Origin: Ramazzottius varieornatus
Lineage: Eukaryota > Animalia > Tardigrada
Length of the DNA stretch: 64,000 nt
Reading direction: 5' to 3'
Assembly: GCA_001949185.1 (NCBI GenBank)
Contig: BDGG01000014.1
Location: forward strand, 713,378 to 777,377
Part shown: piece by piece, positions 12,721 through 25,896 of the stretch
How the letters are laid out: each line of letters starts with the position of its first letter
Position numbering within the stretch: the first letter of the stretch is position 1
Translations under genes and position numbers: made by a program
The notes under the pieces: generated by a model
What the model saw: only the letters and a program-made list of their open reading frames with translations
The model's database searches: none
What the model was told of the DNA's origin: nothing

Positions 12721-15700
12721 CTAGGCCGGGATGGTATCGATGAGTTTGCGTTCGAAGAAGCGATGCTTCATCATGCCACTGATGAACATGGCGGCAAAGT
12801 CCGCTGTGGCACTGTCGGCCACGTATACGCCCAACGGCAGTTGCCCACCCGCCTTGGGAATCAGTCCCAGTCTGGACAGCACCTCCACGCCCTCAGCCGA
12901 AGCCGCAATCGGCTTGCAGTGAATGTAGGCTTCCATCACGTAATGTTGGGCTACAAAAAGACCAAAATGTTAATCCAGAAGCTCAATACAGGAACTCGAA
13001 AATGCTGTTTTCTCAAGTGGCGCACATTCACAATGTGGAAGCGTGCGCCACTTTAAAAAACGATCAAGTCGAGTTCTAAATGGCGCACTTTCCCATTGCT
13101 ATAGGCTGAAAGAGTGCGCCACTTGAAGAAAACGACCTACACTGTTTCCCAAGTGGCGCACGTTTTCGTTATTCTTAGCCGAAAGGGTGCGCAACTTGGA
13201 GAAAACTCAAAATTAGAAGAATTTCTTACCTTGGCCGTCCTTGAGAAGTGCTGTGACCGATTCTTTTCCTCCCGGGATGTAGACAGCATCGACGCAGACT
13301 GAAGGTAAGCCAAGAAGCAAGGCGTTGACTTCCAGAGCCTTTCCTCCTTCCAAGTCAGTGCTGGACTTCAACTGGCCCATGCGCAGTGACACAATCTGCG
13401 GCATGGCGCCGCCAGCCAACAACGGAGCCGACATGGCCAGGACAGCAGCGCCATCGACACCATCAGCTGCCAACACGGCCACCTTCCGTCCCTTGATCCT
13501 ACAAGACAGAAAAACCGTTCAGAGCTGGGCAAAGTCGAACTGGACAAAATCGCATTGCCAAGCGGCGCACACTTTCGGTGTGAATGGTTGTAAGCGTGCG
13601 CCACTTGATCCTGTCGAATTTGATTGTTTTCCCAAGTGGCGCACGTTGTCGGTGTAAGTGGCCAGAAACGTGCGCTACTTGTAAAATCGATCTACAATGT
13701 GTCCGTAAGGAGCTTACGTGTTTTTGGGCGTGATGAGGGGACTGAGTTGGCTCAAGTTGGGCGACGGGGCGTAGATGTCCTTGGGGTATCCTGGGAGCGC
13801 AGGTTCGGTGGGCCCATCGATGCCCAAGTTGGTAGCCACTCGGCGCATCAGTGTGGCGTCGACATTCTGCAACATGTTGACCAAACGCTGCCGAATCTCG
13901 ACCATTGTCACCTTACTCAGCTCAAAAGTGAAAGCCGAGACAATGTGATCCTGCTCGATCGCCGACATGGACTTCCAGAAGAGCGTAGCCTATGAATAAA
14001 CCAGAAAGAAAATTACCCATGGAAAAGAAAGATGCGGCAATGATTTAACTCAGATCGTTCGTTGAAGTGGTGCACGTTCGTACTGTTATCACATGAGCGC
14101 GTGCGCCACTAGGAAAACAGGTGAAAAATATTCATGGGAAAAAAATACATGAAAACAAAAACCATTTTGGTTTCCTCACCTGTGAGAAATGGTCGGCGAA
14201 AGAAGGCGAACGCTGGCGAATCTTGTTGCCATCAACGCGTTCGGCATGCGAGACGAAGCCCTTGGCTGGACCAGCTTCCCGAGGTAAACCTTTTTGGATG
14301 GCTGTGGATAGAAAACAGAAAGCGTCAAGTTGCATATTCGGACAAAGCTGAGTGTAAAAATGAATTTTACCGTTGATATCGTAGGAAGTCTTGCCGCAGT
14401 GGATCATCTTCTTGTGGGCACCTTGTCGTTGATTGTTGATTTGGAATGGGCAGACGGGTTGGTTGATGGGGATCTCGTGGAAGTTGGGACCTCCCAGGCG
14501 AGTGATCTGCGTATCCTGGTAGGAGAAGATGCGACCTTGGAGTAGCGGGTCGTTGCTGAAGTCCAGACCGGGAACCAAGTGAGCCGTGCAGAAGGCCACT
14601 TGCTCCGTCTCGCAGAAAAAGTTGTCGGGATTACGATCCAACGTCAACTTGCCGATACGCTGAAGAAAATAACACACGTCTCTTTTTTCTCGCAGAAGGC
14701 AAAATTTAAAACAGGTGACAACAATATTTAAATATGATTGAAGGTAAAGAAAACATTCACAGAAAATCCAGGAAATATTGGAAAATAACGCCAAAAGAAT
14801 ACCACGAAATTCCAGAAAAAAGTCAACAAAGTTTTGGGAGTGTGCATACCTGAACTGGGACGAGTTCTTCCGGGATGATCTTGGTAGCGTCCAGCAGATC
14901 GAAGGGGAACTTGTGTTCGTCCGCTTCCTCCACAACTTGGATACCCAACTCGTATTGCGGGTAGTTTCCGGTCTCGATGGCCTCCCACAAGTCTTGTCTA
15001 TTTGACCATTCGAAACTCGTTACCGATCCAGTATCAAATGTCCATAAAATTAATTTCGGGTCTTACCGGTTGAAGTCCGGGTTCTTGCCGGCAATTTTCT
15101 GGCATTCGTCCCACATCAGCGAGTTGGTCCCGGCCAACGGAATCCAGTGGAATTTGACGAAACGCGCCACTCCCTCGGCATTGATCATCTTGAACGTGTT
15201 GACTGAAACAAGCATGGACGTCTGAGATGTGCGCACATATACTCGACAAAATCGTTTTCCCAACCGGCGCAAGTTTCTGGCCAGAACACGCGAGACCTGT
15301 GCCACTTGGGAACCTGACGAGATCGTCTTTCCAAGTGACGCACCAGCCCGGTCAATAACACCGAAAATGTGCGCCACTGGCGAAGATAATCTTCCTCAGT
15401 TGTTTGCAGTGCTGTCACTTTAATGTAATATCCACATGCCCGAAGGACACTCTGAACTTACCACCAAATCCCTGCATCATGGCGTACGATCGAGGCAAAG
15501 CACGATCGGACATGAGCCACATAACGTGGTGCATCGTCTCCGTTTGTTGTGTGACGAAGTCCCAGAAGGTGTTGTGAGCTGACGACGCTTGCGGCACTTC
15601 CCAGTCTTGCTCCGGCTGCATCAGTAAAAAGAAACTTAATGCTGCGAAGGCAAAAGATCCTACCGGTCTACTGAGGATTAAACAAACACACTTTACACTA

Positions 15701-16856
15701 CTGTACACGTGAATAAACCTGTTCCTAATACTTCAGACCAACAAATTCTCTTCAGCTAATCTGACCTGATCAGCTCGATTACAGGTGGCCTGTGAAAGCC
15801 AGTAACATGCGCCATTCGATCAAGTCGATAACGGAAAACTCCACTGATCGTTTTAAGCTTTGCTGATTGAGTGGAGCCATCGAGTAGGCACCCGCGAAAT
15901 CGCCTACGATGCAAACGCGAAATCAAGGGTGACCGACCAAGGCTGGGTAGGCCGACCTGGTCAGTTTCGCTCGGTGTGCCTTCCGAGCAGAGGAAAGTTT
16001 CTAAGCACTGACAACGTTGATTTTTCGCAGCATGCGGACAGTAGTCAGCGTACCTTGACAGCATGGATGAGGTCCATGAACTTGATGGTGTCCTGGACGA
16101 AGAAGATGGGCATGTTGTTGCCCACCAGATCCCAGTTGCCTTCCTCGGTGTAGAACTTGACAGCGAAACCTCGCGTATCTCGCACGGTATCAGCTGATCC
16201 ACGCGCCCCTTGAACGGTGGAGAAGCGCACAAAGACAGGTGTCTTCTTTGCAGGATCTTGGAAGACAGCCGCGTGCGTCAAGTGGGTGAGAGGCTTGTAA
16301 ACTTGAAAGTGGCCGTGAGCTCCGGAGCCGCGCGCATGAACCTGCGTACACAGGCGTCATTAGGAACGTAGAGGGAAGTGCGCGCAAGTGTGTGAAAGGG
16401 AATACGAAACTATTCCAAGTGGCGCACGCGATCGAACAGCAACACCGAACAAGTGCGCCACTTGGAAACAGTCTTGCGCGCTTCTTTTCCCATCCGAATT
16501 ACTTACGACGCGTTCGGGAATTCTCTCATGGTCAAAGTGCTGCATCTTCTCGCGAAGAATGAAATCCTCCATCAACGTCGGACCACGGATGCCAGCTTTT
16601 AGGGAGTTCTTGTCGTCAGCGATGGACAACCCTTGGTTCGTCGTCATTGTATCGCCTTCCTTGAAGCGGATGCGGTACTGCTCCAGCTGACGGATCTTGT
16701 CGTTGTCGCCCTTGTCCATCCCGGTCTTGCCTGCCGAGGTGTTGCCCGACGCGACTCCCTTGATGGCTTCCTTGATTGTTTCCTGGAAGGAAAGGGATAT
16801 GGTAAGCACTGACCAACTTCCGGCTGGCTACTGGCACAGCTGCTCAAACTTACCAT
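12721..16856 (-). CDS. katE: Large-subunit (clade 2, KatE/HPII-type) heme catalase with C-terminal DJ-1/PfpI-like domain, 11 coding exons, ~728 aa
   Basis: Exons 16856-16854 (ATG only), 16782-16507, 16341-16054, 15615-15462, 15202-15067, 14997-14850, 14659-14371, 14301-14180, 13989-13718, 13498-13230, 12950-12721, all GT-AG and phase-compatible; motifs [59 protein letters not shown]. Confidence 0.95.
13015..13197. repeat. Alternating-orientation AAGTGGCGCAC repeat array (catalase intron 10; also introns 2, 4, 8, 9 and a nAChR intron)
   Basis: Motif or close variants at 13015(+), 13043(-), 13078(+), 13114(-), 13151(+), 13187(-). Confidence 0.8.
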
Positions 16857-19069
16857 TGTCGGTACTCCTCTTCGTCCAACGCAATGACGATCGGCCTTGA
16901 ACGGATGTCTTCACACAAACAGAATCTATTTGTACCTGAAAGACTACGTCGGAGCGGTTTCTGCAACTGAACTATGGAGGAAAGATGCTTCAGAAGAGAA
17001 AAATTTTCCGGTTGGAAATTTGGAATTTCCCCGGTGGCCTTGACTGTGTGTACGAGTACTGTACAGATGTGCGATTGCAATTCGTTACTGTACGCATTTG
17101 CCCAGAGGCGCAGCCTGCAGCAACCTGCGTACTACGATACAGCTACGATGCTAGAAAGGATCCATTTGAAACACGCTGTAGCACAGGATTAGTTCTTATC
17201 GTCACCGCAGACTGACGTCACGCGCCGACGACTATGGGAAATGGTGCCGCCATTGTCGGACCTGGGCAGCTCTTACGAGCAGCGGCGCGTTGACCAATAA
17301 GACTGACGGACATATCCCGGCCTCTCGTCCAGATTTTCTGCCTTGACGGGCTTGAAATTTCGCGCTGTGAAAGGGGAAGGAAAAACAGGAGCCTCGGGAG
17401 ACCTTTCGAAATCTGTTCAACATCCTCGGGGTTTCGTGCACTTTTGAACATTTTTGGGTGGTCATCTGAAAATCTCTCAAAATTCCGTGTTCAGCTCAAA
17501 TTAGACCTGCAGAATCGGCTCTTACACCTATGCGGAGTGGAAACTGGCACTTGTATGTGACGTTTTACACGAAAACACGGATTTCTGTTTAAATGTACCA
17601 ATCACCATTTTCGGATTTTGCAGGCCTCGCGAGGCTATCTCGCGATTTTTGCCGCCCTCGAGGCTCAAGAACACTATTTCCCCAGCCTTACAGGCTGATC
17701 AGCCTTATCCATCCCTGGAAGCTCCTCGCGCCCGTGGTTTTGAAGACATTTGTGTTGGGTATCCGATCTCTAAGTGTCCGGCTTCCGATACTTAAGCAAT
17801 TTGAGGAGTTATTTGTTTGATTTAAGGGATGTTTAAAGCTTACTTTTTGAATTACTTCTGGGTTATGTACACTAATTTGATTTATGGATTATAGGGTTAA
17901 TATCAGGGTTAAAAATGCGTGAGGAAGGTTATTTTGTGCCCCACGCATCCATCCGAAACGAGCCGGTCAGTCCTTCTCAGAATCACCTGCTAAGCAAGGC
18001 ACTTGCTTGGCCCAGTCCCGAATCCCCCATAGGGAGCGAGGTCGAGAGGTTCCGTGACCGGAAACTTAAACCCACGAAAACACTAAGTAAACCATGGAGA
18101 TGGAGTAACTTTTATTCCAGTTTCGACTGCCGGCCACCCGAACCAGCCGGCACATCTAGACACGTGACAAGGACATGAAAAATGCTCATACCATTCAAAA
18201 ACCTGTCTACTGTAACATTTATCCATGAGTCGGTCAGACGACTTTACACCCTTGACGAGTTATCCGCTTCCCGAACAATTTCAAACCAGAGACAGTCGGC
18301 GAGTCGGTGGATACCAGCCTAGAATCACATCTGAAATTGGAGGGGGGACGATTGGTTGCGGAAAACAAGATGGGAGGGTGTTTTCTTCCGGGAAGCAAGA
18401 AGACGCTTTTTGAACAGCGCTCCTGTTCAAACCCAGCTACGGCAATCCGCCGCAGTTAACACTTGAAAGACCACGCAATTCCGAGCTATGCGAGTACAAG
18501 GGGGTAGATCACCTTCCCCAATTTTCAACTGGTTGAAATTATAGGGTGGGGTCAGATCGGGCCAATCACCACATGTGCGCTTCGCATTTTTCGAGTAAAA
18601 TGCGCCACTAAATCAACCAAAGTGCCAGACCTTTTTAATTTTCTCTGACCACTAGTCACACAGCGTGGAACATACTGGAGCGTCTAAGACGGTACCAATG
18701 TACTAGCTCTGTGTCCAATTTTTAAGGAGGCTTTCCGTCAGCCAGCTCTTGAGTAGAAATTTGGTCTGTCAACTCAAGACACAATCTGGTCAAAAACGAA
18801 ATAGTCTCTCGAGATTTTCAGAAAGCTGCTAGCCAGTTCACGTCTTTTTTAACTGGAAGCGACAAAGTTTCCGAAAGCAAACGTGAAAGTTAGAGACGAA
18901 AAGGTTCAACAGTAGCCATTCCGCAAGGCTTTTGGGGGTGCGCCAGGCAACCGGGGTATCCCCTTGGTCGTCTAAGTGCTAAAAGTGCCAGCAAACGACC
19001 CCGCCATCCATAAACGATGCCTTGCGGCCTTTTCAGTAACCTTGATATCTGCCTGCTGTTAGTCACAGG

Positions 19070-20420
19070 GCAATGAGTACGGTGGTGAAGAAAGTGAGTA
19101 TTCGTATCTGTAAGTACCACGTCGTGCTGGTCCCACGTGCCAAATTACAGTGCATCACATTCTTGGGCTAGTTCTCCATCTGCTTCCGCATGGACCGTAT
19201 CGCCCAGGTGATAAAACCTTCGACACGTTTTGAACGCGAGGAACCTTACAGAGAAACCGGCAGTTGTGCGGTACCGTTGGCCTTCACATGGACAGCGATG
19301 GTTCTCCCGTCATTGTGCACGATTTATTGGGGGGTAACACTTCGTGGCGTCCTCACAATGTGCGGGAATAGAGAGCAATACCATATACGAAACCAGGACC
19401 ATCAACATACAGATCATCAGTATCATCAGGTATTCCTATGCCTCAGTCAACTGTGGGATGGTCCGGTCTTATTCATTGATGCAGTCTTCATCATATACTT
19501 CGTTGCCCTCTGCGAGTACCTCGAAGAAACTCAGCCCCATCAACTGAACCTCCCGTTTGACTCATAGCACCGCTTTTTCTCAATTCCCATCTCGTTTCGC
19601 TTCCGAGATTCTCTCCGGCCAAGAAATACTCTGACAACGCCGTACAGCAGCAAGCGTGGTCTATCGGACACATCACCAAAGAGACTAACAGTTCTGGAAT
19701 ATTTCCTGAAAGAAGCTAGCGGAAGCAGGCGTGGGTGATGCGCTGACGCTTGCGGACCGCCGTCTCGTGCTACAAGTGTGGAGGGCCGGGTTGAAAATGG
19801 GTCAGGTTGTTTAAGACTGGCAAAAGTGTTGTTTTGTGATCGGCATGTTGCACTTTGAGAAAGCTAAATGGAGGTTCGCTCCGTTGTACCGCAATGGCAA
19901 GTCTGCCAGACCAGGCTCCGGGAAGGCCCGGTGCGGTGCGGTAAATTATTTTTGTCATCCTTCATTGCCTTAAGGACGCGGTGAAGCCGATGCGGTGAAG
20001 AACGATAAAAAGTTGCGAAGAATGGTGATGGATGTGTATTTGTTCCATGGACAGATTAATATTACTTGTATCTTGGTTGACTGGGGCTTCTCGGACACCT
20101 TCGTCCCCTCCGTTTTTCAGATTCTTTTTCGAGTACTCACAATTTGTGGGTACACGACGATCACTCAACGCACTCCGGAATGTGCTCAGGTGCTCCTGTC
20201 AGACGTAGCGAATGTGATTAATCCCCTGCCATCTGCATCCTTCAATTGCCACCTGGACTGCTCAGGATCCGCCGACCAGTTTGCTGGAAGCAGATTTCTC
20301 TCCCGCAAAGCGTCCTGGCACGAGGCTGTCGAACCTGCTGGCGAACAAGTCCAAATTAGACATTTACACTGACGACTCGTATTTTCTCTTCACCAACCCA
20401 ATTACGATATTTACCACTGC
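19070..20420 (+). pseudogene. Possible gustatory-receptor-like (7TM chemoreceptor) pseudogene
   Basis: Hydrophobic segments in ORFs 19190-19567 and 19995-20372 (YLFHGQINITCILVDWGFS; DSYFLFTNPITI) resemble GR TM5/TM7 regions; stops and frameshifts. Confidence 0.3.
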
Positions 20421-20603
20421 TACAGCGGCGGCAACAACACAACACCACCTGCAACTACGACGTCGACAACTCCAACCGCCTCGACGACGACCCTCACGAC
20501 CGCACCTACTGCCGTGAAGTCGATCCCGTTAGCCTTGATCGGAGCTAAAGTGGACAGTTGTTCCGTCACCTCCCCGTAAAGAGCGAAATGCCAGCACAAG
20601 GTA

Positions 20604-21194
20604 CACACGGCTGGCCTAATTATTGGACTGGAGAAAATTTCTGGCCACTGATTTCCGAATCAACGGCTTCGCCAGCTGTGTTCGCTTGCGGCTGAAACAG
20701 AACTGGTTTCACCACACATTACCGCTTTAACTACACCAACAACCAAACATTTGCAGAGATCTTCTCAATCATCGTAGATCCGATTTCCTTCTATATGCTC
20801 GGTTATTTTGCTAGGTAAATACAGCTCCGATGGTGAATCAACCTCAAAACTTGACTTTTCTCGCCGGAAAGGCCTTTACTTAGGCAATCCACAACCTTAT
20901 GAAGGCAACCGCACGAACTGCCGTTTTTAGCTATCCTCCGTATACTTTCGCTGTCTCTTGCTTGTAAGACCTTCCGGCACATTCCAGGCTAACCTTCCTC
21001 AAGATGGGAAAAGAAGTACGAAATAAGAAACGAAGTCTGGAATGACACTGTATTCCGCATATTGCACTACGAAATTTTACTTGCTGACGTCACAGGGCTA
21101 GTTTTTGCTACGACATAACAATCTCTGCGTCAAACTGCCGCCAGCCCGTCCGGCCAGAATTTTTGTCCAGGCCAGTAATTAGGCCAGCCGCGTG
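20604..21194. mobile_element. Non-autonomous Tc1/mariner-type element
   Basis: Imperfect ~45-bp TIRs CACACGGCTGGCCTAAT... / ...ATTAGGCCAGCCGCGTG flanked by TA on both sides. Confidence 0.75.
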
Positions 21195-22012
21195 TACAGA
21201 AACCCAGATGTCTGCAGTGCTGTGAAGGCAAGCTTTTTGGTGAATGTGATAACTGTGCTCTTTGCCCTGATGACATCATTGGACAATGCCTAAAAAAGAA
21301 CGGCTTCCCGAGCAGCTGCGCACACACCGGTGAAAACTGTAGATGCCGATGGAGCAACCAGCACCTGTCCGTGCACAATAGCGCCTTCGTATAAATTTCC
21401 CATCTGGCTGGACGCCACTAGAAATTAGAAACTTGACAGGCCATACGCCCAAAACGTGCAACGGGCGGAGCTGGATGCCAAAAGGAAATAGAACGTTTGC
21501 ACCACGCCTCTTTCGTTCTGCACAGCTGTCCACGTCTTCGATTGCTTCTCAAAGACGTTCTGCCAAACGAATTCAACTTTCTTGGCTGATTTTCATTCGG
21601 GAATTTTCCTATGTGTCCGGAATGTATTGGCCACGGATTGAGGAGGGATATGTTACGTCACGCATAATCGAGGCAGACGCAGTGTTCAATCGTGTTTCAC
21701 CATACTGACGTCACATTTTCACCCGCACCATCTGCCAAGTTTCTGTTTTCTGTTGGCATCCAGCCATTTGCTAACTTCAAAAAGCTATTGCGACACATAC
21801 ACCGTCACACGCAGAGAAGCATGCTGAAAGACTCTTGGGCTATTGCAAGCTGCGGCATGGCTTGTTTTTCCCACTGTTTGACAGCACGAATACCAAATTC
21901 CTCTTGGTATGAACGACGACGACTTGAAAGTACTTCCTTCTGCGACACAGGAAGAGTCGCTTGAGAGTCGGAAGAGTCGCTTGACGACCGTATTAAAAAG
22001 GGCCCAAAACTA

Positions 22013-22251
22013 CAGTGTAGGCAAATAAGGTACTCTCAAAAGCGGGCAGAGCCAAAATCGAGTTTCTGACTGGTGACGTAAGAATCTCGGCTCGAAGTAG
22101 TCAGCTGATGAAGCTGCAATTAGACGTTTCTGGATTGAAACTCCATACGTTACCGGTAAAAAAGGTACTCTGAAAGAGTCAATAAGGTACTCTAAAAGGA
22201 GGCAGGGGTTTGGACCGGCCTCCTTTTAGATTACCTTATTTGCCTACACTG
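22013..22251. mobile_element. Tc1-type MITE
   Basis: TIR CAGTGTAGGCAAATAAGGTA / TACCTTATTTGCCTACACTG, TA TSD. Confidence 0.85.
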
Positions 22252-22399
22252 TACATACAATGAACTCTGGATGAAATCTGGAATTTATAACACTCTTTGT
22301 AAGTTTGTAAGTTATTCCGACATTGCTGATTTTCGTACTCCTGTTGATTTCATAATCTTGTTTCGTATCAATATGTAGGGAATCGATCTCTCGATCTCT

Positions 22400-25300
22400 C
22401 CTGCATCATGTCCTCCCAAGATCCTCCTGGTACTTGAAAGGAGTGCGGTGTTGCTCTGAGTGCAAGAGGCTGCAGAAGTCATCCGGGTAGCCAGAAGTGC
22501 AGAAATCAAGCTGAAAGAAATAAACGGGACATCCAAGCAGCCCAAGACAGACAGCTGATACCTCGAACAGCTCTATTGCCCAGAGTCGTCTCCGACCTAC
22601 TCCTGGAATCGCTACTTCAGAGCCTGAGATCTTCCACCAAGATACTCCACAGGATCCCAAAAGCAGCGAGGAAGTTAGGAGCCCAGAGCCTGACAGAATG
22701 AATCACAGAGGTGGTCAAGCTGAATACTGATCTAGTCTGGCGAGAGCTCCTCCTGTTCGCTCTTAGGGGACTAAACAACCCTGAACCGCAAGAAGGGAAG
22801 AAGCAAAGCCTCACTGAAAGAGAACCTTTCCAGGCCAAAGATGGTTGTAGGTTCAGCTGGGAAAGCGAGAAAAGAGAAGAGGGACAGTACGAACGCAACG
22901 CTCAAGAAGATCGTCGAAGGGGAGCTGAATGATGCGGACATCAGTGGAGCCCTTAGAGTCCTGTCCTCTGAAGACATCGTTGCTGTCCCATCGCTGGAAA
23001 TTCTGCGCTCGAAGCATCCGGCAGAGGCAGCTGGTTCGAGCTTCCCGGAACCGCCTGACCCAACTCAACTGCCTGATGACGTCACGGTTGATGAGATCAT
23101 GGCCGCCGTGCAGAGCCTCCCCAACGGCTCTGCCGGAGGCATCGATTGTTTGCGTCCCAAGCACATGAAGGATATGCTGGCGGGCGCGGCAAATGGCACC
23201 ACAACGGCGCTGGCTGAAAGTTTGCCCAGGCTGGTAACACTGATCGTCCAAGGAAAAGTTCCGACTTCCGTCACCAGCATCTTCTTCGAGGCTTCACTCA
23301 CTGCGCCGAAGAAAAAAGATGGTGGTATCAGGCCGATCGCCGTCGGGAACACTCTTCGCCGTCTTCCTGCCAAGATCGTCAGCAAGAGAGTCGGTAAAGA
23401 AGTCGACAAGCGAGCTACGCCACGACAAGTGGGTTGTGGAACGACAACGCTGCTCGTTGTTTCCTTGAGAATGTAGATGACAGTTGTCGTGTTCTGTTGA
23501 AGATCGATTTCAAAAATGCCTTCAACACGATCCATAGAGACCAAATGTTGGATCTAGACCGTGAAGTCCTCCCGAACTATTATTCTTTCTTCTGGCAATG
23601 CGATAGGTTTCTTTCCAAGCTCATCTACGGACAGCACATCCTGGCTTCAGCAAGGGGATCCGTTAGGTCCTATGCTCTTCTGTCTGGCCATCGAAACTGT
23701 CACCAAGAAGCTCACTTCTCCTTTCAACCTGTGGTACCTGGACGATGGAACCATCGGTGGGGACTGCAGCAAGGTACTCGCGGACCTCTGCACGGTGATT
23801 TCCGAAGGGATGCGCATCGGTCTCGAGCTGAACCCTTCGAAGTGTGAGCTCTTCCCAGAGGGTGGCACTGCAGGAGAAAGGGAAAGGATATGGAGGGCAT
23901 TCAGCCTGGTGTGTCCTGAGATCATCTTCCCGTCTCACGCGGAACTCACCCTCCTCGTTGCTCCGCTACTACGAAGAGCCCTGGAGCCTGCCATTGAAGA
24001 GAAGAGAAGTAAGTTTTCTGTACTGACATCAAGACTAAATCTTCTTTTCTCTCACCAGGCGCTGTTTTTGCTGAAAAACTGCCTGGGGCTCCCCAAGCTG
24101 CTCTACGTCCTTCGCTGCTCGCCCAGCTGGAAGGCTACTGCAGCATTGCAAGCCTTTGACGATGTCCTCCGTCGCAGCGTAGCAGAGATCACGAACAACA
24201 GTGGGAGGTAAGGGCATCAGACGCACAGAGAGGATCGCGCTCCCAGCCTTTATGGCTTCGATCCACTCTGTGCAGGCGCTAGTGCTCCCCATCTACCCGG
24301 AAAGCGACCTGGACAGCGTCGTGAACGGCGGACTGGACCACTGGCCACTTCTGACTTCGGCTGAACTGCCAGTTCCCGGTCTTCGCTGACAGCAGCGTGC
24401 CTGGGACCTGCCTATGGTGACGGAGGAATTGGGAAGTCTGATGGACCAGAGCGGCATGACAAGCAAGCCAAAACTGATGGGTGTTTCGACATAGACCTCC
24501 GGAACCTGGCTGCACGTTCTGCCGGCTTCCTCACTTAGGAATCTTCTCGACGACAACACACTGCGGATCAGCGTTGGGCTGCGGCTAGGATCGAGACTAT
24601 GTCGGCCACACATGTGCCGCTGTGGAGAAGTAGTCTACGAGTATAGGCTCCACGGTTTGAGCTGTCTGAAGAGCGCGGGACGCCACAGTAGGCACGCTAG
24701 TATGAACGAGTTGGTGCGAAGAGCCCTCGTTTCAGCACAAGTTCCGGCGGTCCTGGAACCACTAGGACTTTCGCGGGACGATGGACTGAGACATGATGGA
24801 AAGACCATGATACCTTGAAAGAATGGGAAGGAATTAGTTTGGGATGTGACTGTGATAGATACATTGGTGAAGTCCTTCGTCGGAAAGACAAGCGAGAAGG
24901 TGGGAGCTGCCGCCGAAGACGCGGAAGAGAGAAAGATCCAGAAATACCAAGGCATCGCTTCATAGTACCTCTTCGTTCCTTTGGGATTCGAGACCTTCGG
25001 ATCTTGGGGACCTGCTGCGACGGAATTGATCATCGCGATCGGGAAGAAGCTTGTTGAGTTTTCTTTTGAGATTAGATCTCTTCAGTATTTCAAATAGCGC
25101 TTGTCTCTTGACATACAGCGAGGTAATGCTTTTTGTGTTATGGGTACTGCGAAGGAGACTAGAGGACTCGAAGAAATATTTTACGTTTTGAATCTTAGGA
25201 TGGGAAGAACCTTGTCCACGTAACTTGTTGATTTTTATTTAGTCTCCTGCTTCATTGTGGTCTTCTTTTGAAGAAAAAATTATTTGTTCGAATAAAGCAA
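22400..25300 (+). mobile_element. Degenerate CRE-clade non-LTR retrotransposon (RT + zinc knuckle + restriction-like endonuclease)
   Basis: GGIRPIAVGNTLRRL, KIDFKNAFN, QQGDPLGP, WYLDDG, GLELNPSKCE; C-terminal CRCG..HGLSC, RHASMN, HDGKT..WDVT, KIQKY, FVPLGFETFGSWG; multiple stops and frameshifts; AATAAA at 25291; 5' boundary approximate. Confidence 0.9.
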
Positions 25301-25896
25301 TATCGATATGAACTGTACAGCAACAGTAGTAAATTTCAATCAGTTCGCAAGTCACGTTTTGTTTTATGCAGTTGCGTTCTGGCTTCTGGCTAGTAGACAT
25401 CTTGCAAGACGTTCGAAGAGACTCTGTGAATAGCTACTGAAAAGAATTTTGCCGAACTTCGACCCACACTTACCTGCTCCGCCACAATAGCCACTTTTAG
25501 AAATTAATCTATAAGTCACTTGTCGTTAGGTCTGTCCTTAATAGTGTGTTGTTTGTTAACTTCTCAGCAAGCCCCAGGAAACGCTACACACGCGGCACGA
25601 CAGGTCAGCATGGTGATTTGAATGGAATCATATTGTGCTTTGGAAATATTCGGTTCAGAGAACGAAACGCACTTTGAATAATAAACGTCAAAGATTTCCC
25701 TTGTAATGAAGAACTTCACAATTGGCATCTTATAGTTGTCAGTTCGTTGTTAACACAGTGCAACAGCCGTAAGAATCGTAGCAAAAGAGTATATAAATAG
25801 TTGTAAGCCGGTAGCTTGTAAGAAACTGAGAGCTGCATCCTGAATAGAAAGTTACGCTTTCAGTCTTTGCAGACTTCTCTCTTAGAATTCTAGAAG

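Noticed and set aside
13015-13680. CRISPR-like repeat-spacer array
   Set aside because: Repeats are 11 bp, alternate in orientation, lie in introns, and no cas genes are present
12721-16856. Bacterial contamination or operon interpretation of katE and GH16
   Set aside because: Both have canonical spliceosomal introns and sit among animal genes and eukaryotic TEs
17022-17031. kappaB-like GGGAAATTCC (minus strand) and TGACGTCA/CCAAT motifs upstream of catalase
   Set aside because: Single short motifs are expected by chance; TGACGTCA is frequent across this window
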